From: a candidate division WWE3 bacterium
Lineage (GTDB): Bacteria; Patescibacteriota; WWE3; 2-01-FULL-39-13
Direction: 5' to 3'
Assembly (NCBI GenBank): GCA_943354835.1
Contig: CALRDH010000004.1
Span: 10,851-74,850, forward strand
DNA length: 64,000 nt
Program-made: the position numbers and the translations under genes
Shown here: positions 19,556 to 30,171 of the stretch, in pieces
Position numbering within the stretch: position 1 is the first letter of the stretch
Layout: every line of letters begins with the position of its first letter
The notes under the pieces: generated by a model
Told to the model about the DNA's origin: nothing
Databases searched by the model: none
Seen by the model: only the letters and a program-made list of their open reading frames with translations

Positions 19556-20590
19556 ATGAGTAAACAGAAAAAAATTGCTTCAAATGACAGTTTTACAAAA
19601 TTTCTACTTTACACAACTCCAAATGGAAAAATAGAAGTCGAAATATTTTTACACGATGAAAATATTTGGCTAACGCAAAAATTGATTGCTAAACTTTTTC
19701 ACTGCTCTGTCGATAATGTCTCTTTGCATCTAAAAAACATATTTGAAAGTGGTGAACTGAAGGAGGTTTCAGTTGTCGAGGATTTCTCGATAACTGCCAA
19801 TGATGGGAAAAAATATAAGACAAAACATTATGACCTCAACGCAATAATCTCCGTAGGTTATCGAGTAAATTCCCGAATGGCAACTCAATTTCGCATATGG
19901 GCTACTGAAAGATTGAAAGAATATATCATCAAGGGTTTTACAATGAATGACGAACGGCTCAAAGATCCAAATTATATATTTGGGAAAGATTATTTCGAAG
20001 AACAACTCGCAAGAATTAGAAATATTAGGTCAAGCGAACGGCGACTTTATCAAAAAATAACCGATATATATTCGCAATGTAGTGCTGACTACAATCCAGA
20101 TGAAGCAATAACTAAACAATTTTTTGCGACCGTCCAAAACAAACTTCATTTTGCGATAACGGGAAAAACTGGAGCGGAAATTGTTTATTCAAGAGTTGAT
20201 AGCAAAAAGCCAAATATGGGTTTATATGTTTGGAAAAATTCTCCAAATGGTACCATCCGAGAATCAGACATTGTAATAGCCAAAAACTATCTAAACGAAA
20301 AAGAGCTCGATCATTTAAATAGAATTGTGACGATGTATCTTGATTACGCCGAAATACAAGCAAAACGAGGAATTATTATGTATATGAAAGATTGGACATC
20401 ACGACTAGACGCTTTTTTAAAATTTAATGAAATAGAAATATTAATCCATAAAGGTACCATAAGTCATGAAGTTGCAGAGGCATTAGCATTAAAAGAATAT
20501 AATAAATATCAAAAACTACAAGATAAGAACTATATATCTGACTTTGATAAATATCATGGAAACAGCAGTCTAATCAAAAACCCAGATTAA
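19556..20590 (+). CDS. RhuM-family protein (COG3943, virulence protein RhuM/Fic-DOC-associated) paralog 1
   Basis: N-terminal block WLTQKLIAKLFHCSVDNVSLHLKNIFESGEL and DLNAIISVGYRVNSRMATQFRIWATERLKEY, typical of RhuM. The ATG at 19556 lies 6 nt after a TATATT -10 element. Confidence 0.65.
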   Translation: MSKQKKIASNDSFTKFLLYTTPNGKIEVEIFLHDENIWLTQKLIAKLFHCSVDNVSLHLKNIFESGELKEVSVVEDFSITANDGKKYKTKHYDLNAIISVGYRVNSRMATQFRIWATERLKEYIIKGFTMNDERLKDPNYIFGKDYFEEQLARIRNIRSSERRLYQKITDIYSQCSADYNPDEAITKQFFATVQNKLHFAITGKTGAEIVYSRVDSKKPNMGLYVWKNSPNGTIRESDIVIAKNYLNEKELDHLNRIVTMYLDYAEIQAKRGIIMYMKDWTSRLDAFLKFNEIEILIHKGTISHEVAEALALKEYNKYQKLQDKNYISDFDKYHGNSSLIKNPD

Positions 20591-20595
20591 TTATT

Positions 20596-23085
20596 TTAAG
20601 CCCCATGGCATTTTTTGTATTTTTTGCCGCTTCCGCAGAAGCATAGGTCGTTTCTACCAGGTTTGTCTTTTTTGATTTCGGATTCTTCATTTGCGACTCC
20701 ACTTTCAAAGTTACCTTGTTTGTAGTCTATGTTTCCTTTGTCGATTGGGGATTCCCTTGTTTCAGGCCTTTTTGCAACTTGGACTTCAACTTTTTGAAGT
20801 CTATCGGCAACAGTAGTCCAAATTTGTGTTAGCAATTCTTCATATCTTTGTCTTCCTTCTCTTTTGTATTCTATTAATGGATCTACTTGACCGTATCCAC
20901 GAAGTCTGACTCCACTTCTTAAATCATCCATAACATCAATGTGATCCATCCATAAGACGTCGATTACTTCAAGTGTTACACGTTTTGCGACTTCATGCCA
21001 TAATTCATCGCCATATTTTTCATTCTTAGAAACCCAAATTTTTGCAAAGTTATCATCAACATATGGCTCCAATTTATCTAAAACAAAATCAAAAAAATCC
21101 TGGTCAGGTTTTGAAAAAAGTATTTTTCGACGCATTCCATAGATCGACTCACGCTGAACATTCATAACGTCATCATAATCAACGACACTTCTACGTTGAT
21201 CAAAGTTCATACCTTCAACTTTCTTTTGCGCATTTTCAATAGATTTTGAAATAAGACGCGCCTCGATAGGGAGGTTCTCATCAACACCCATGCGATCCAT
21301 CAATGATTCGATTTTATCGCCACCAAATATTCGAAGTAGGTCATCTTGCAAAGACATATAAAAACGAGATTCACCAACATCGCCTTGTCGTCCAGACCTT
21401 CCGCGTAATTGATTATCAATTCGCCTTGAATCGTGGCGCTCTGTTCCTATGACATAGAGCCCGCCGGAACTTACGACGTTATTGTACGATTCTTCATTAA
21501 ACGGATCTCCGCCTAAAATTATATCCACGCCTCGACCAGCCATATTTGTTGAAACTGTAACAGCGCCTTTTTTTCCTGCTTGTGAAATTATGCTTGCTTC
21601 CTTATCGTTGTTTTTTGCATTTAAAATTTCATGAGGAATTTTAAGTTTTTTCAAAAAGCCAGAAAGCATCTGTGATTTCTCTACTGAAGTTGTTCCAATC
21701 AAAACTGGTTGCCCAATTTTATTCTTTTCTGCAATATCTTTTGCGACTGCTCTAAATTTTGCAGATTGAGTCTTAAAAACCACATCAGATTGATCAATCC
21801 TTTTTACTGGTTTATGAGTTGGTATAGAAACAACATCAAGACTATACATCTTAAAAAATTCTTCTGATTCAGTTAATGCAGTTCCAGTCATTCCGGCAAG
21901 CTTTTCATAAAGCCTATAATAGTTCTGGTAAGAAATTGTTGCGACAGTCTTTGATTCGGGTTGAATTTCAAGATTTTCTTTCGCCTCAACAGCTTGATGA
22001 AGACCGTCGCTCCAGCGATTTCCATCTAAAAGTCTTCCTGTATTTTGATCAACAATAATAATTCGGCCATCTTTTACAACATAATCCTTATCTTTAAGAT
22101 GAAGCTCTTTGGCTCGCAATGCATTTTCAATATGATGAACTGTCTCAAAATCATTCTCATACAAATTCTTAACACCAAGTTTTCTTTCTATCTTATTAAT
22201 TCCAAGTTCTGTCATTGTTACGGTTCTAAATTTCTCATCAATATCGTAGTCAGTATTTGGAACAAGCTCCACTGAAAGCTTTGCAAATTGATAATATTTA
22301 TCTGGTTTTAAGTCTCTTTGTTGAGAAATAATTAACGGAGTTCTTGCAACATCAATTAAAACAAAATCAACCTCGTCAACTATTGCAAAGAAATGTTTAC
22401 CATAATTTTCATTTGGATTTGTTTGACTAATCTGGTCTTTTGAAGTGCTCATATTATCGCGGAGATAATCAAAACCAAATTCATGATTTGTTCCATATGT
22501 AATATCACACATATAGGCTTCAGATCTTTGACATGGTCTTAAATGACGTGAATACGCATCTAACGAATCTTGAGAATCATATGCAGGATCATAAACGAAT
22601 GCAGATTCATGAACGATTACACCAGCAGAAATCCCAAGTGCATGATAAACAGGACCATACCAACCAGCACCATGTTTAGATAAATAATCATTAGGAGTTA
22701 CAAGATGAACTCCATTTCCAGTTAAAGAATTTAAATAAAGGGGAAGTGTAGCCGTTAAAGTTTTTCCTTCTCCAGTTTTTTGTTCGGCGATTTTACCTTG
22801 GTGCAAAATAATTCCAGCCATAAGTTGAACATCACGGTGACGCTGATTCATGGTTCGAAAGGCTGCCTCACGAACCAGAGCGTATGCATCAGGTAAAATC
22901 GCATCAAGAGAGAGATTTCCGCTTCTTAAATGTTTTTGCCATTTTGATGTCTGATCCTTAATATCCTGATCCGAAAACTTTTTATATTTTGGCTCAAGTG
23001 AATTTATGGCATCAACAATTGGCCTTATACTTGAAAGTTTATTTTCATTATTATTTGTAAATTTTCCGAAAAGCTTAGATAACAT
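20596..23085 (-). CDS. secA: Preprotein translocase ATPase SecA
   Basis: 829 aa with DEAD-like motor motifs and a C-terminal zinc finger CFCGSGKKYKKCHG. Confidence 0.95.
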   Translation of the reverse strand: MLSKLFGKFTNNNENKLSSIRPIVDAINSLEPKYKKFSDQDIKDQTSKWQKHLRSGNLSLDAILPDAYALVREAAFRTMNQRHRDVQLMAGIILHQGKIAEQKTGEGKTLTATLPLYLNSLTGNGVHLVTPNDYLSKHGAGWYGPVYHALGISAGVIVHESAFVYDPAYDSQDSLDAYSRHLRPCQRSEAYMCDITYGTNHEFGFDYLRDNMSTSKDQISQTNPNENYGKHFFAIVDEVDFVLIDVARTPLIISQQRDLKPDKYYQFAKLSVELVPNTDYDIDEKFRTVTMTELGINKIERKLGVKNLYENDFETVHHIENALRAKELHLKDKDYVVKDGRIIIVDQNTGRLLDGNRWSDGLHQAVEAKENLEIQPESKTVATISYQNYYRLYEKLAGMTGTALTESEEFFKMYSLDVVSIPTHKPVKRIDQSDVVFKTQSAKFRAVAKDIAEKNKIGQPVLIGTTSVEKSQMLSGFLKKLKIPHEILNAKNNDKEASIISQAGKKGAVTVSTNMAGRGVDIILGGDPFNEESYNNVVSSGGLYVIGTERHDSRRIDNQLRGRSGRQGDVGESRFYMSLQDDLLRIFGGDKIESLMDRMGVDENLPIEARLISKSIENAQKKVEGMNFDQRRSVVDYDDVMNVQRESIYGMRRKILFSKPDQDFFDFVLDKLEPYVDDNFAKIWVSKNEKYGDELWHEVAKRVTLEVIDVLWMDHIDVMDDLRSGVRLRGYGQVDPLIEYKREGRQRYEELLTQIWTTVADRLQKVEVQVAKRPETRESPIDKGNIDYKQGNFESGVANEESEIKKDKPGRNDLCFCGSGKKYKKCHGA

Positions 23086-23092
23086 GACTGAA

Positions 23093-23920
23093 TTAGTATA
23101 AGACGAAGTAAGTTAAAATGACACCGCCCAAAATTAACCTATAGATTATAAAAACTAAAAGGCTATTTTTTCGAACAAATGATAAAAGCCAGTTGATTGC
23201 AAATATTCCAGTTATAAATGATGAAAATAATCCCGCTAATATAATCAAACCCTGACCGGATGAAGCTGAAAATAATTGAGGAACTTTTACTAAAGATGCT
23301 CCAAGTATTATTGGAGTTGCTAGAAGGAAAGATATACGTGCGGCTTTTTCGCGGTCAAGCCGGCGAAAAAGCCCAGTTGAAATACTCATTCCAGATCTTG
23401 ATGACCCTGGAAAAAGTGCAACAACTTGGCTTAAAGAAATAATTAAATAATCAATAAATTTTATTGAAGAATTCGGCTTTCGATTTGCTATAAATTTATC
23501 CGCAAAAAGCATATAAAAAGAAATAATGACAAGCATAAATGACACCAAAATAGGGGAGCGGAAAGTTTCTTCGATGTAACTTTCTAAAATAAAACCAATA
23601 ATTCCAACAGGAATTGAGACAATCACTAATGTTAAAAGCAAAATTGTCTCACGTCGTAATTTATTTATACTATGAATTTTTCCGCCGACGAAATCTATGA
23701 CATCTAATTTCAATGCATTTAGCATGTCAAACCAGTCCCTCCAAAAATATATTAAAACTGCAATTGCAGTTCCTAAATGTAACGCCACATCAAAACTTAA
23801 ATCTTGTAATTCCCAACCAAAAATTGCTGGGATGAGTATTAAATGACCAGAAGATGAGATTGGTAGGAACTCTGTAATTCCCTGTGTAATTCCAAGGACG
23901 ATGGACTGAAGTATCGTCAT
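23093..23920 (-). CDS. uppP: Undecaprenyl-diphosphatase
   Basis: N-terminal GITQGITEFLPISSSGHL BacA/UppP motif, 8 TM. Confidence 0.85.
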   Translation of the reverse strand: MTILQSIVLGITQGITEFLPISSSGHLILIPAIFGWELQDLSFDVALHLGTAIAVLIYFWRDWFDMLNALKLDVIDFVGGKIHSINKLRRETILLLTLVIVSIPVGIIGFILESYIEETFRSPILVSFMLVIISFYMLFADKFIANRKPNSSIKFIDYLIISLSQVVALFPGSSRSGMSISTGLFRRLDREKAARISFLLATPIILGASLVKVPQLFSASSGQGLIILAGLFSSFITGIFAINWLLSFVRKNSLLVFIIYRLILGGVILTYFVLY

Positions 23921-24414
23921 TTTAATCTCCTAGCACTAACGTCGTAATATCTAAAAACCGATGAGGCGACTAATCCTACAGCAACACCAGCCAACACATC
24001 TTCTAAATAGTGAGCACCAGTAACAATTCTTAAAATTCCAATTACAAATGCCAAGACAAATGCGATTATCAAAAACTGTTTTTTTGTCATACTTTCAAAT
24101 TTTCTCAACAACATAAACCACTTACCTTCCCTATTTTGTTGGGTTGACAATGTATGACAGGCAAGTAAAACAAAAAATACAGCATTAAATGCAATAGTTG
24201 CGTGAGTAGAAGGAAAGCTCCCACCTTCAAGCTCTAAAACTGGCCTTGGCTTGTCAAAAAAGAATTTTATGCCTTCAGATATCGAGACTGCCAATAAAAG
24301 CGAAAATAAATAATCCAACACTTTATTTTTATAATTTATAAATATATACAAGAATATGACCCCAAGATGGAAAAGCACAAAAAAGTCTGCAAGATAATTT
24401 ATTGGGTTATACAT
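23917..24414 (-). CDS. PAP2-family phosphatase (type 2 phosphatidic acid/undecaprenyl-PP phosphatase-like)
   Basis: KPRPV, PSTH and GAHYLEDVLAG correspond to the three PAP2 motifs. Confidence 0.7.
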   Translation of the reverse strand: MYNPINYLADFFVLFHLGVIFLYIFINYKNKVLDYLFSLLLAVSISEGIKFFFDKPRPVLELEGGSFPSTHATIAFNAVFFVLLACHTLSTQQNREGKWFMLLRKFESMTKKQFLIIAFVLAFVIGILRIVTGAHYLEDVLAGVAVGLVASSVFRYYDVSARRLK

Positions 24415-25774
24415 TGCTTATCAAATCAAAACCAGTATATTTTCGTAAAACTTCGGGAACAATAATTTCACCTTTTTCATTTTGGTAATTTTCGACAATA
24501 GCAATCAGCATCCTACCAATTGGGATTCCAGTTGCATTTAAAGTTGATGCGTATTTTGATGCTCCATTTTCATCTTTATATCTTATGTTCAATCTTCGTG
24601 CCTGAAATTGTTTTGTATTAGTTACAGAAGAAACTTCTATATAATTTTTTTGAGATGGTAGCCAAATTTCCATATCAACCTGTTTAGCTGAAGCGTAATA
24701 TCCTAAATCAGCCGTACACTTTTTCCATATTCTATACGGAAGTTCTAATTGCTGATAAATCCATTCATCAATCTTATATAACTCTTCAAAAATTGACTCC
24801 TCCTGATCTTCTTTACAAACAACATTTAATTCTAATTTATCAAATTGATGAACTCGTTTTATTCCTTTTACATCTTTACCCCAACTTCCAACTTCCGTAC
24901 GGAAACATGGGGTATACGCAAATTTCTTATATGGCATTTTATTCAAATCGAGTGTCTTGTCCATATAATATGCAAACATGGAAGGTTCACTTGAACCCAC
25001 TAAAAACAACTCTTCTTTAGATTCAAGATATTTATTCTCAACTTTGTATACCTGATCTTTTCCTTGAGGAAAATGACTTGTTCCATATAAAGCATCTTCT
25101 TTTAATAAAACAGGAGGAACAATTGGTGCATATTTTTCTGATATTATTTTTTTAATTACTAAATCAAGCAATGCATACTGCAAAACTGCAAGTCCACCAG
25201 AAATGTAGCAAAACCTACTACCACTAACTTTCGCACTTTGTTTAACATCAATAATGTCTAATCTTTCTCCAAGCGTTAAATGGTCGAGCGCTTCATATTC
25301 TGCCGGAGCATATTTCAACTTTTGTGGCATATGAGCCTTTGAAACAGACCCCTTACCAATTTTATCTGCATCAAGATATCCAATACCTGGTATCCAAGCT
25401 GCGATTTCGACATTATCGTCTTCTCCTTCTCCATACGGCACGTCACTTGCAGGAATATTTGGAACCCAGAGCATTTTTTCATCGAAAATAGGAGCGAGTT
25501 CAGAAAGTTTTGCTTCTAATTCTTGAACTTGTGGTTTTAATACAGAATTTTCTTTTATTAAAACGTCACGTTCGGAAGCATCTTTAACGGTTTTTATTTT
25601 GTCATTTAAATCGTTTCGTTTTTGTCTTAAATCGTTAAGTTTAAGTTCAATTTCGCGAATTTCAGAATCTATTTTTAAAAGCTCATCAATATCCACAGTT
25701 CCAGAAAGCTGCTTGTCTTTTACTGCCTTTTTAATTATTTCTGGGTTTTCTCGTATAAATTTAATGTCTAACAT
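24407..25774 (-). CDS. serS: Seryl-tRNA synthetase
   Basis: N-terminal coiled-coil tRNA-binding arm plus class II core, 455 aa. Confidence 0.9.
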   Translation of the reverse strand: MLDIKFIRENPEIIKKAVKDKQLSGTVDIDELLKIDSEIREIELKLNDLRQKRNDLNDKIKTVKDASERDVLIKENSVLKPQVQELEAKLSELAPIFDEKMLWVPNIPASDVPYGEGEDDNVEIAAWIPGIGYLDADKIGKGSVSKAHMPQKLKYAPAEYEALDHLTLGERLDIIDVKQSAKVSGSRFCYISGGLAVLQYALLDLVIKKIISEKYAPIVPPVLLKEDALYGTSHFPQGKDQVYKVENKYLESKEELFLVGSSEPSMFAYYMDKTLDLNKMPYKKFAYTPCFRTEVGSWGKDVKGIKRVHQFDKLELNVVCKEDQEESIFEELYKIDEWIYQQLELPYRIWKKCTADLGYYASAKQVDMEIWLPSQKNYIEVSSVTNTKQFQARRLNIRYKDENGASKYASTLNATGIPIGRMLIAIVENYQNEKGEIIVPEVLRKYTGFDLISNV

Positions 25775-25775
25775 A

Positions 25776-26360
25776 TTAAAGTCCTAAATCCGACGAATTT
25801 TCTTGCATAGATTTTAGCACTATGCTGATAAATTCATCTAGACTAACTCCTAATTTTTCTTGGCATTGTTCTGTTTGTTCCCTAATAACGCCGGCAGCGA
25901 AGGCTTTTTGAGGCCATTTCTTTTTGACGGTTTCTAATGTTACTTCACTTAACTTTCCGCCCTTTACAAGTGCGCAAGCAACAATAAAACCAGTTAACTC
26001 ATCACAACATTCTAAAGCCCATTCCATGTCGGTCATAGGCTCACGAAGCCCCGTAACCTTGTTATTGTGAGACATAACAGCCAAGTAAATTGGATCTGTT
26101 TCGGACATACCAAGTTCCTTCAACCAATCCAAAAGCAAAATTGTATGTTTACTCCAATCTTCTTTTGTAATTTCATAATCGGAATCATGAATTATTCCCA
26201 AGACTTCCCAAGCTTCGGAATCCTCGGCCGGAGTTCTGGAGATAGAATTCAAATACTCATGCAAACCTTTCATTGCAAAGCCAACGGCATAACAATGTCT
26301 GCGCAAATTCTGGTTTTGCATATTCTTGTGTAAAAGCTCAAGTGCTTGGATTTTAGTCAT
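25776..26360 (-). CDS. HD-domain phosphohydrolase
   Basis: RHCYAVG...GIIHDSDY HD motif. Confidence 0.6.
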   Translation of the reverse strand: MTKIQALELLHKNMQNQNLRRHCYAVGFAMKGLHEYLNSISRTPAEDSEAWEVLGIIHDSDYEITKEDWSKHTILLLDWLKELGMSETDPIYLAVMSHNNKVTGLREPMTDMEWALECCDELTGFIVACALVKGGKLSEVTLETVKKKWPQKAFAAGVIREQTEQCQEKLGVSLDEFISIVLKSMQENSSDLGL

Positions 26361-26362
26361 GA

Positions 26363-28612
26363 TTAATTTACGAGATTATATCCTCCAATTTCTCCGCCGC
26401 AGTATTTTTGAATATATTCGGCTCCTTTTTTAAGTGCGGACATTATATCTTCCTCACTAATTCCAACTCCACCATCAGCAAAAAGGATAACGTTTTTTGT
26501 CTTTTCTGTAATTTTTGTCCTATCAATATCTCTATAATTTAAGTCCATTGTTATTGGGCCTTTTGCGTCAATATAAATTACTTGTCCATCTCTAAGAATT
26601 GTTGGAGCATCATCGCCAAGAAGTACCATTTGTTCTCCTGCTTTTGAATATCTAAGAACAATTGGCTCTGAAATCTGGTCAAAATCAAATCCACCAAGTC
26701 CAATATGTGATTCCAAAACTGCAAGATTGTATGCATCAACGGCTGTATTTATGTTATAAATTCCCTTGCCTTGAATCACGCGTCTTAACAATGCTTCAGG
26801 TGAAGGCCTTTTACTATGAAAGTCGGTTCCAGACTTCTTAAACAAATCTCGATACGAAACAAGTGAAGAAATATTTGAAATTTCATCCATTAAAATCTTT
26901 GACGATTTTTCAACAACAGACTTTTTCAATTCTTCTAAATCTTTATTGGACTTTTTAATATCAACACCAGAAATTGTTACATAAGCAAAAGAAATTCCAG
27001 GAAAATCAGACTTGATTGCTTCATCAATTCCATAACTTCCAGATGCTTTTGTTGCTTTCTGATTTGAAGCCTTTGGATTATCTTTAATCCCATAGATCTT
27101 TTTTGTTTCTTCAGATATCTCATGTTTCATTGCAGGAAATATAACTCCTTCACGCGCACTTACATCTTCTAAAAACCAAAATAATCTTTCACTATGTCCC
27201 CAACCAAAGGTCGGAGGCATGCCATATTCAAGCATTTCAACATAATCTATGTCCATCATTTGTGCTTCTTTATCACCAGATTCCCTTAACTTTTCTTGCT
27301 CGGAGAACCTTTCATATTGATCTAGCGCGTCTGTAATTTCGCTCCAGCCATTGCCAAGTTCACTACCTGCAATAATTGGCTGAAATCTATTCACCATTAA
27401 AGGATTTTCCTTATCGGGTTTTTGCAAAGGCGATAAATACTTTGGATGATTAATTAAAAATGCCGGACCTTTAACTTCTTTTCGAACAAGTTTCCATAAA
27501 TTATCAACTCCACGCGGTATATTAATTTGAAAATCAATATCTTTATCTTTTATGTGTTCCTTAACTTTCGCTTCAACTTCTTCTTGTGTTACGTTATAAA
27601 CATCTTCAATGCCAAATTTATCTTTAAAAACTTGCTTAAAATCTAAAATTTCCCATTCTTCACCAAATTTAATGTCTTTAAATCCACGAATATCAAAACT
27701 TGTTTTTCCCGGATAAACCTGACTAATTACATAATTGGTCAAATCTTGAATAAATTTCATCCCATCTTTCCAGTCCGCATATGCCCAATAAAATTCCATA
27801 GCAATATGTTCTGGAAGATGTTCGTCGCTTAGTCCTTCGTTTCTGAATCTAGGACCGATCTCATAAACTTTTTCGTATCCTGCACCAATTAATCTTTTTA
27901 AAGGAAGTTCCTGGGAAATTCTTAAATAAAAATCTTCATCGATAGCATTCATATGAGTAATAAACGGCGTCGAGTCACCTCCACCGGTTACGCTTTCCAA
28001 TACTGGTATATTCATTTCTATAAATCCATTTTGTTTGAAGAAATCACGATGAGCTTCCCAAAATTTTGATCTACGTATAAATCTGTCAAAAACGTCTTGA
28101 TGGATATTTGTATCTAAATATCTTTTTCTAAATCTAGTCTCTTTATCTTTTAATTCTTGAGGAATCACTCTTAAAGCTTTTGTTAATATACGGAAATAGC
28201 TTGGAACAATAGAGATCTCCCCTCTTGGAGTCTTTGTAACAATACCTTTTACTTCAACAAAATCAGAAGCATCTATAAGCTCAATAATTTCATTAAAATT
28301 TATTTCACTATTATCTCTATTCGGATTATTATTTAAGTCTGACTCTTTAATGTAAATCTGGATTTTTCCGCTTTGGTCTTTAACATCGATAAATAAAAGT
28401 TTGCCATGATCTCTTTTACTTATAACCCTTCCAGCAAGAATGAGTTCTTTGCCTTCAAATTCTTCATATTTATTTATGATGTCGGAAATTACATTAGTTC
28501 TATTTGATTTTGCCGGAAAAGGATCAATTCCAAGCTCGCGAAGCTTATTCAATTTATCAATACGAATCTGTCTTAACTGTTCAATTGGAAGTTGGGAAAT
28601 CGTCTGCTCCAT
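26363..28612 (-). CDS. lysS: Lysyl-tRNA synthetase (class II) with an approximately 250-aa C-terminal B3/B4-like tRNA-binding domain extension
   Basis: OB anticodon-binding N-terminus and class II motif 2 GPRFRNEGLSDEHLPEHIAMEFY. The LysRS core ends around VIFPAMKHE (about residue 500). The tail contains NINTAVDAYNLAVLESHIGLGGFDFDQI, resembling the PheT B3/4 motif N-VD-TNYV-LE-GQPLHAFD. Confidence 0.85.
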   Translation of the reverse strand: MEQTISQLPIEQLRQIRIDKLNKLRELGIDPFPAKSNRTNVISDIINKYEEFEGKELILAGRVISKRDHGKLLFIDVKDQSGKIQIYIKESDLNNNPNRDNSEINFNEIIELIDASDFVEVKGIVTKTPRGEISIVPSYFRILTKALRVIPQELKDKETRFRKRYLDTNIHQDVFDRFIRRSKFWEAHRDFFKQNGFIEMNIPVLESVTGGGDSTPFITHMNAIDEDFYLRISQELPLKRLIGAGYEKVYEIGPRFRNEGLSDEHLPEHIAMEFYWAYADWKDGMKFIQDLTNYVISQVYPGKTSFDIRGFKDIKFGEEWEILDFKQVFKDKFGIEDVYNVTQEEVEAKVKEHIKDKDIDFQINIPRGVDNLWKLVRKEVKGPAFLINHPKYLSPLQKPDKENPLMVNRFQPIIAGSELGNGWSEITDALDQYERFSEQEKLRESGDKEAQMMDIDYVEMLEYGMPPTFGWGHSERLFWFLEDVSAREGVIFPAMKHEISEETKKIYGIKDNPKASNQKATKASGSYGIDEAIKSDFPGISFAYVTISGVDIKKSNKDLEELKKSVVEKSSKILMDEISNISSLVSYRDLFKKSGTDFHSKRPSPEALLRRVIQGKGIYNINTAVDAYNLAVLESHIGLGGFDFDQISEPIVLRYSKAGEQMVLLGDDAPTILRDGQVIYIDAKGPITMDLNYRDIDRTKITEKTKNVILFADGGVGISEEDIMSALKKGAEYIQKYCGGEIGGYNLVN

Positions 28613-28640
28613 ATTGCCGAAATTTTAACACGTAATAAAA

Positions 28641-30104
28641 CTAAGCGTAAGCGATACGATGTACAATTTCGGTATCATGTAATCGTGTTAATCCATGTAT
28701 ATCCTTGCCGGCGGTTGCGGTTTCGACCAACAATCCTGACAGTGATAGCGTAGATTCTAAAAATTTTGTTGTATCGATTAACAAAGATTTATCTTCATGA
28801 ACTGTGATTGCAGAATTTTTATTTAGCCAACCCAAAATCAAAGCGACAGATTCATGATAATCAACGTGACTTGATCTTGAGGTCGGATTTGTACTTAACC
28901 ACTTTTGATAGTTATTCTCATACCTAAGTAAATATGCAATATAAGTTGAAATCAAAGGTTCCAGATCTTTACATCCTAAACCCTGTGCGGCGCCAATAAA
29001 TCCCTGCAGAATAGCTCGAGTTTCCTCAAGTGAACTACTAAATGTAATAGGATTATGCCCATGAGATTCCTCATGCCCTACTAAAATCGCATATAAATTT
29101 CTTTTTAAATCATCATCAGAAATATCCGAAAAATTGAGAGTTTCAGCAATTGACCTCAACTCTGGGACTGTCCAATCTATGATATTTCGATACAAAACTG
29201 TATGTCTTTTTCCTATTTTTTTACTGCCTGGATAATTCTTTGCAAAATTCGTTAGCGGGCCAGCTGCACGACCTGTAGCTAAGAGCAAATCTATAACCAC
29301 AATGTCAGAATTTTCCAGCGATTCAGGATTATCACCATTTAAGGTAGCAACAGCGGCTCTAATTCTATCAATTTCAACCGATGATAAATTTTCGAAATCT
29401 ATCACAATACCAGCCTTAAATTCAGGATGTCTTTTATATGGAGCAAATCCCGTCTCGCTTTCTACACGAGCAAATTCTTGTAATAATTCGACAGACAGCG
29501 CTCTTTCAGCCATTGGGTCCTGATATGCTTCATGAGCGATGAACATAAACAAATCTCCAGGCATAAATTTCGTATTTGCCCATGATTCATCGACTGAAGT
29601 CATAATTTGAATTTCTCTTGCTCTTCTATTAATCGGCTCTAAATCTGATAAATCAACCGAAAAATTTTCAGCAATTGCTATTAGGTATTGAGTTAGATGA
29701 TTTGCGGGAAATTGCGCTGCCTGACTTGCTTGCTGACCGATCATATTATAATAAATGCCTAAACCTTTAGTTGAGAAATATGACACACCACCTGATAGAC
29801 AAAATGGCGATAAATTCCCTGCCATCATGGGTTCTAGCAACAAACCAGGATTATTTATGACTTCCTTTGGCCACAAAGCACAATCCCTCATTGAGAGATT
29901 TAGATAAGCCAATCTTATTGAGTCTGCAATAGTCAGAACTTGAGGCCAAATTTCAGGAAATTTATCCGCTGGAATTGTTTCAATTAGTCCACTTATCCAA
30001 AGTGCTTGCCCTGGCCAAAAACGACCACCATTTGATTCTTCTGAATAGGTAACCCTAGACTCAACATCAAATAATGTATTAGGAACGTTAGACACAGAGT
30101 TCAT
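28641..30104 (-). CDS. Hypothetical protein with HExxH motif (LVGHEESHGH) and moderately elevated GC
   Basis: 487 aa, no signal peptide or TM, GC visibly higher than its neighbours. Confidence 0.4.
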   Translation of the reverse strand: MNSVSNVPNTLFDVESRVTYSEESNGGRFWPGQALWISGLIETIPADKFPEIWPQVLTIADSIRLAYLNLSMRDCALWPKEVINNPGLLLEPMMAGNLSPFCLSGGVSYFSTKGLGIYYNMIGQQASQAAQFPANHLTQYLIAIAENFSVDLSDLEPINRRAREIQIMTSVDESWANTKFMPGDLFMFIAHEAYQDPMAERALSVELLQEFARVESETGFAPYKRHPEFKAGIVIDFENLSSVEIDRIRAAVATLNGDNPESLENSDIVVIDLLLATGRAAGPLTNFAKNYPGSKKIGKRHTVLYRNIIDWTVPELRSIAETLNFSDISDDDLKRNLYAILVGHEESHGHNPITFSSSLEETRAILQGFIGAAQGLGCKDLEPLISTYIAYLLRYENNYQKWLSTNPTSRSSHVDYHESVALILGWLNKNSAITVHEDKSLLIDTTKFLESTLSLSGLLVETATAGKDIHGLTRLHDTEIVHRIAYA

Positions 30105-30171
30105 ATTTCAAAAGATGATAAGGAATATCTTTTTATTATTAAATTGTATTAGTCTAAATCTGGTGACATGT

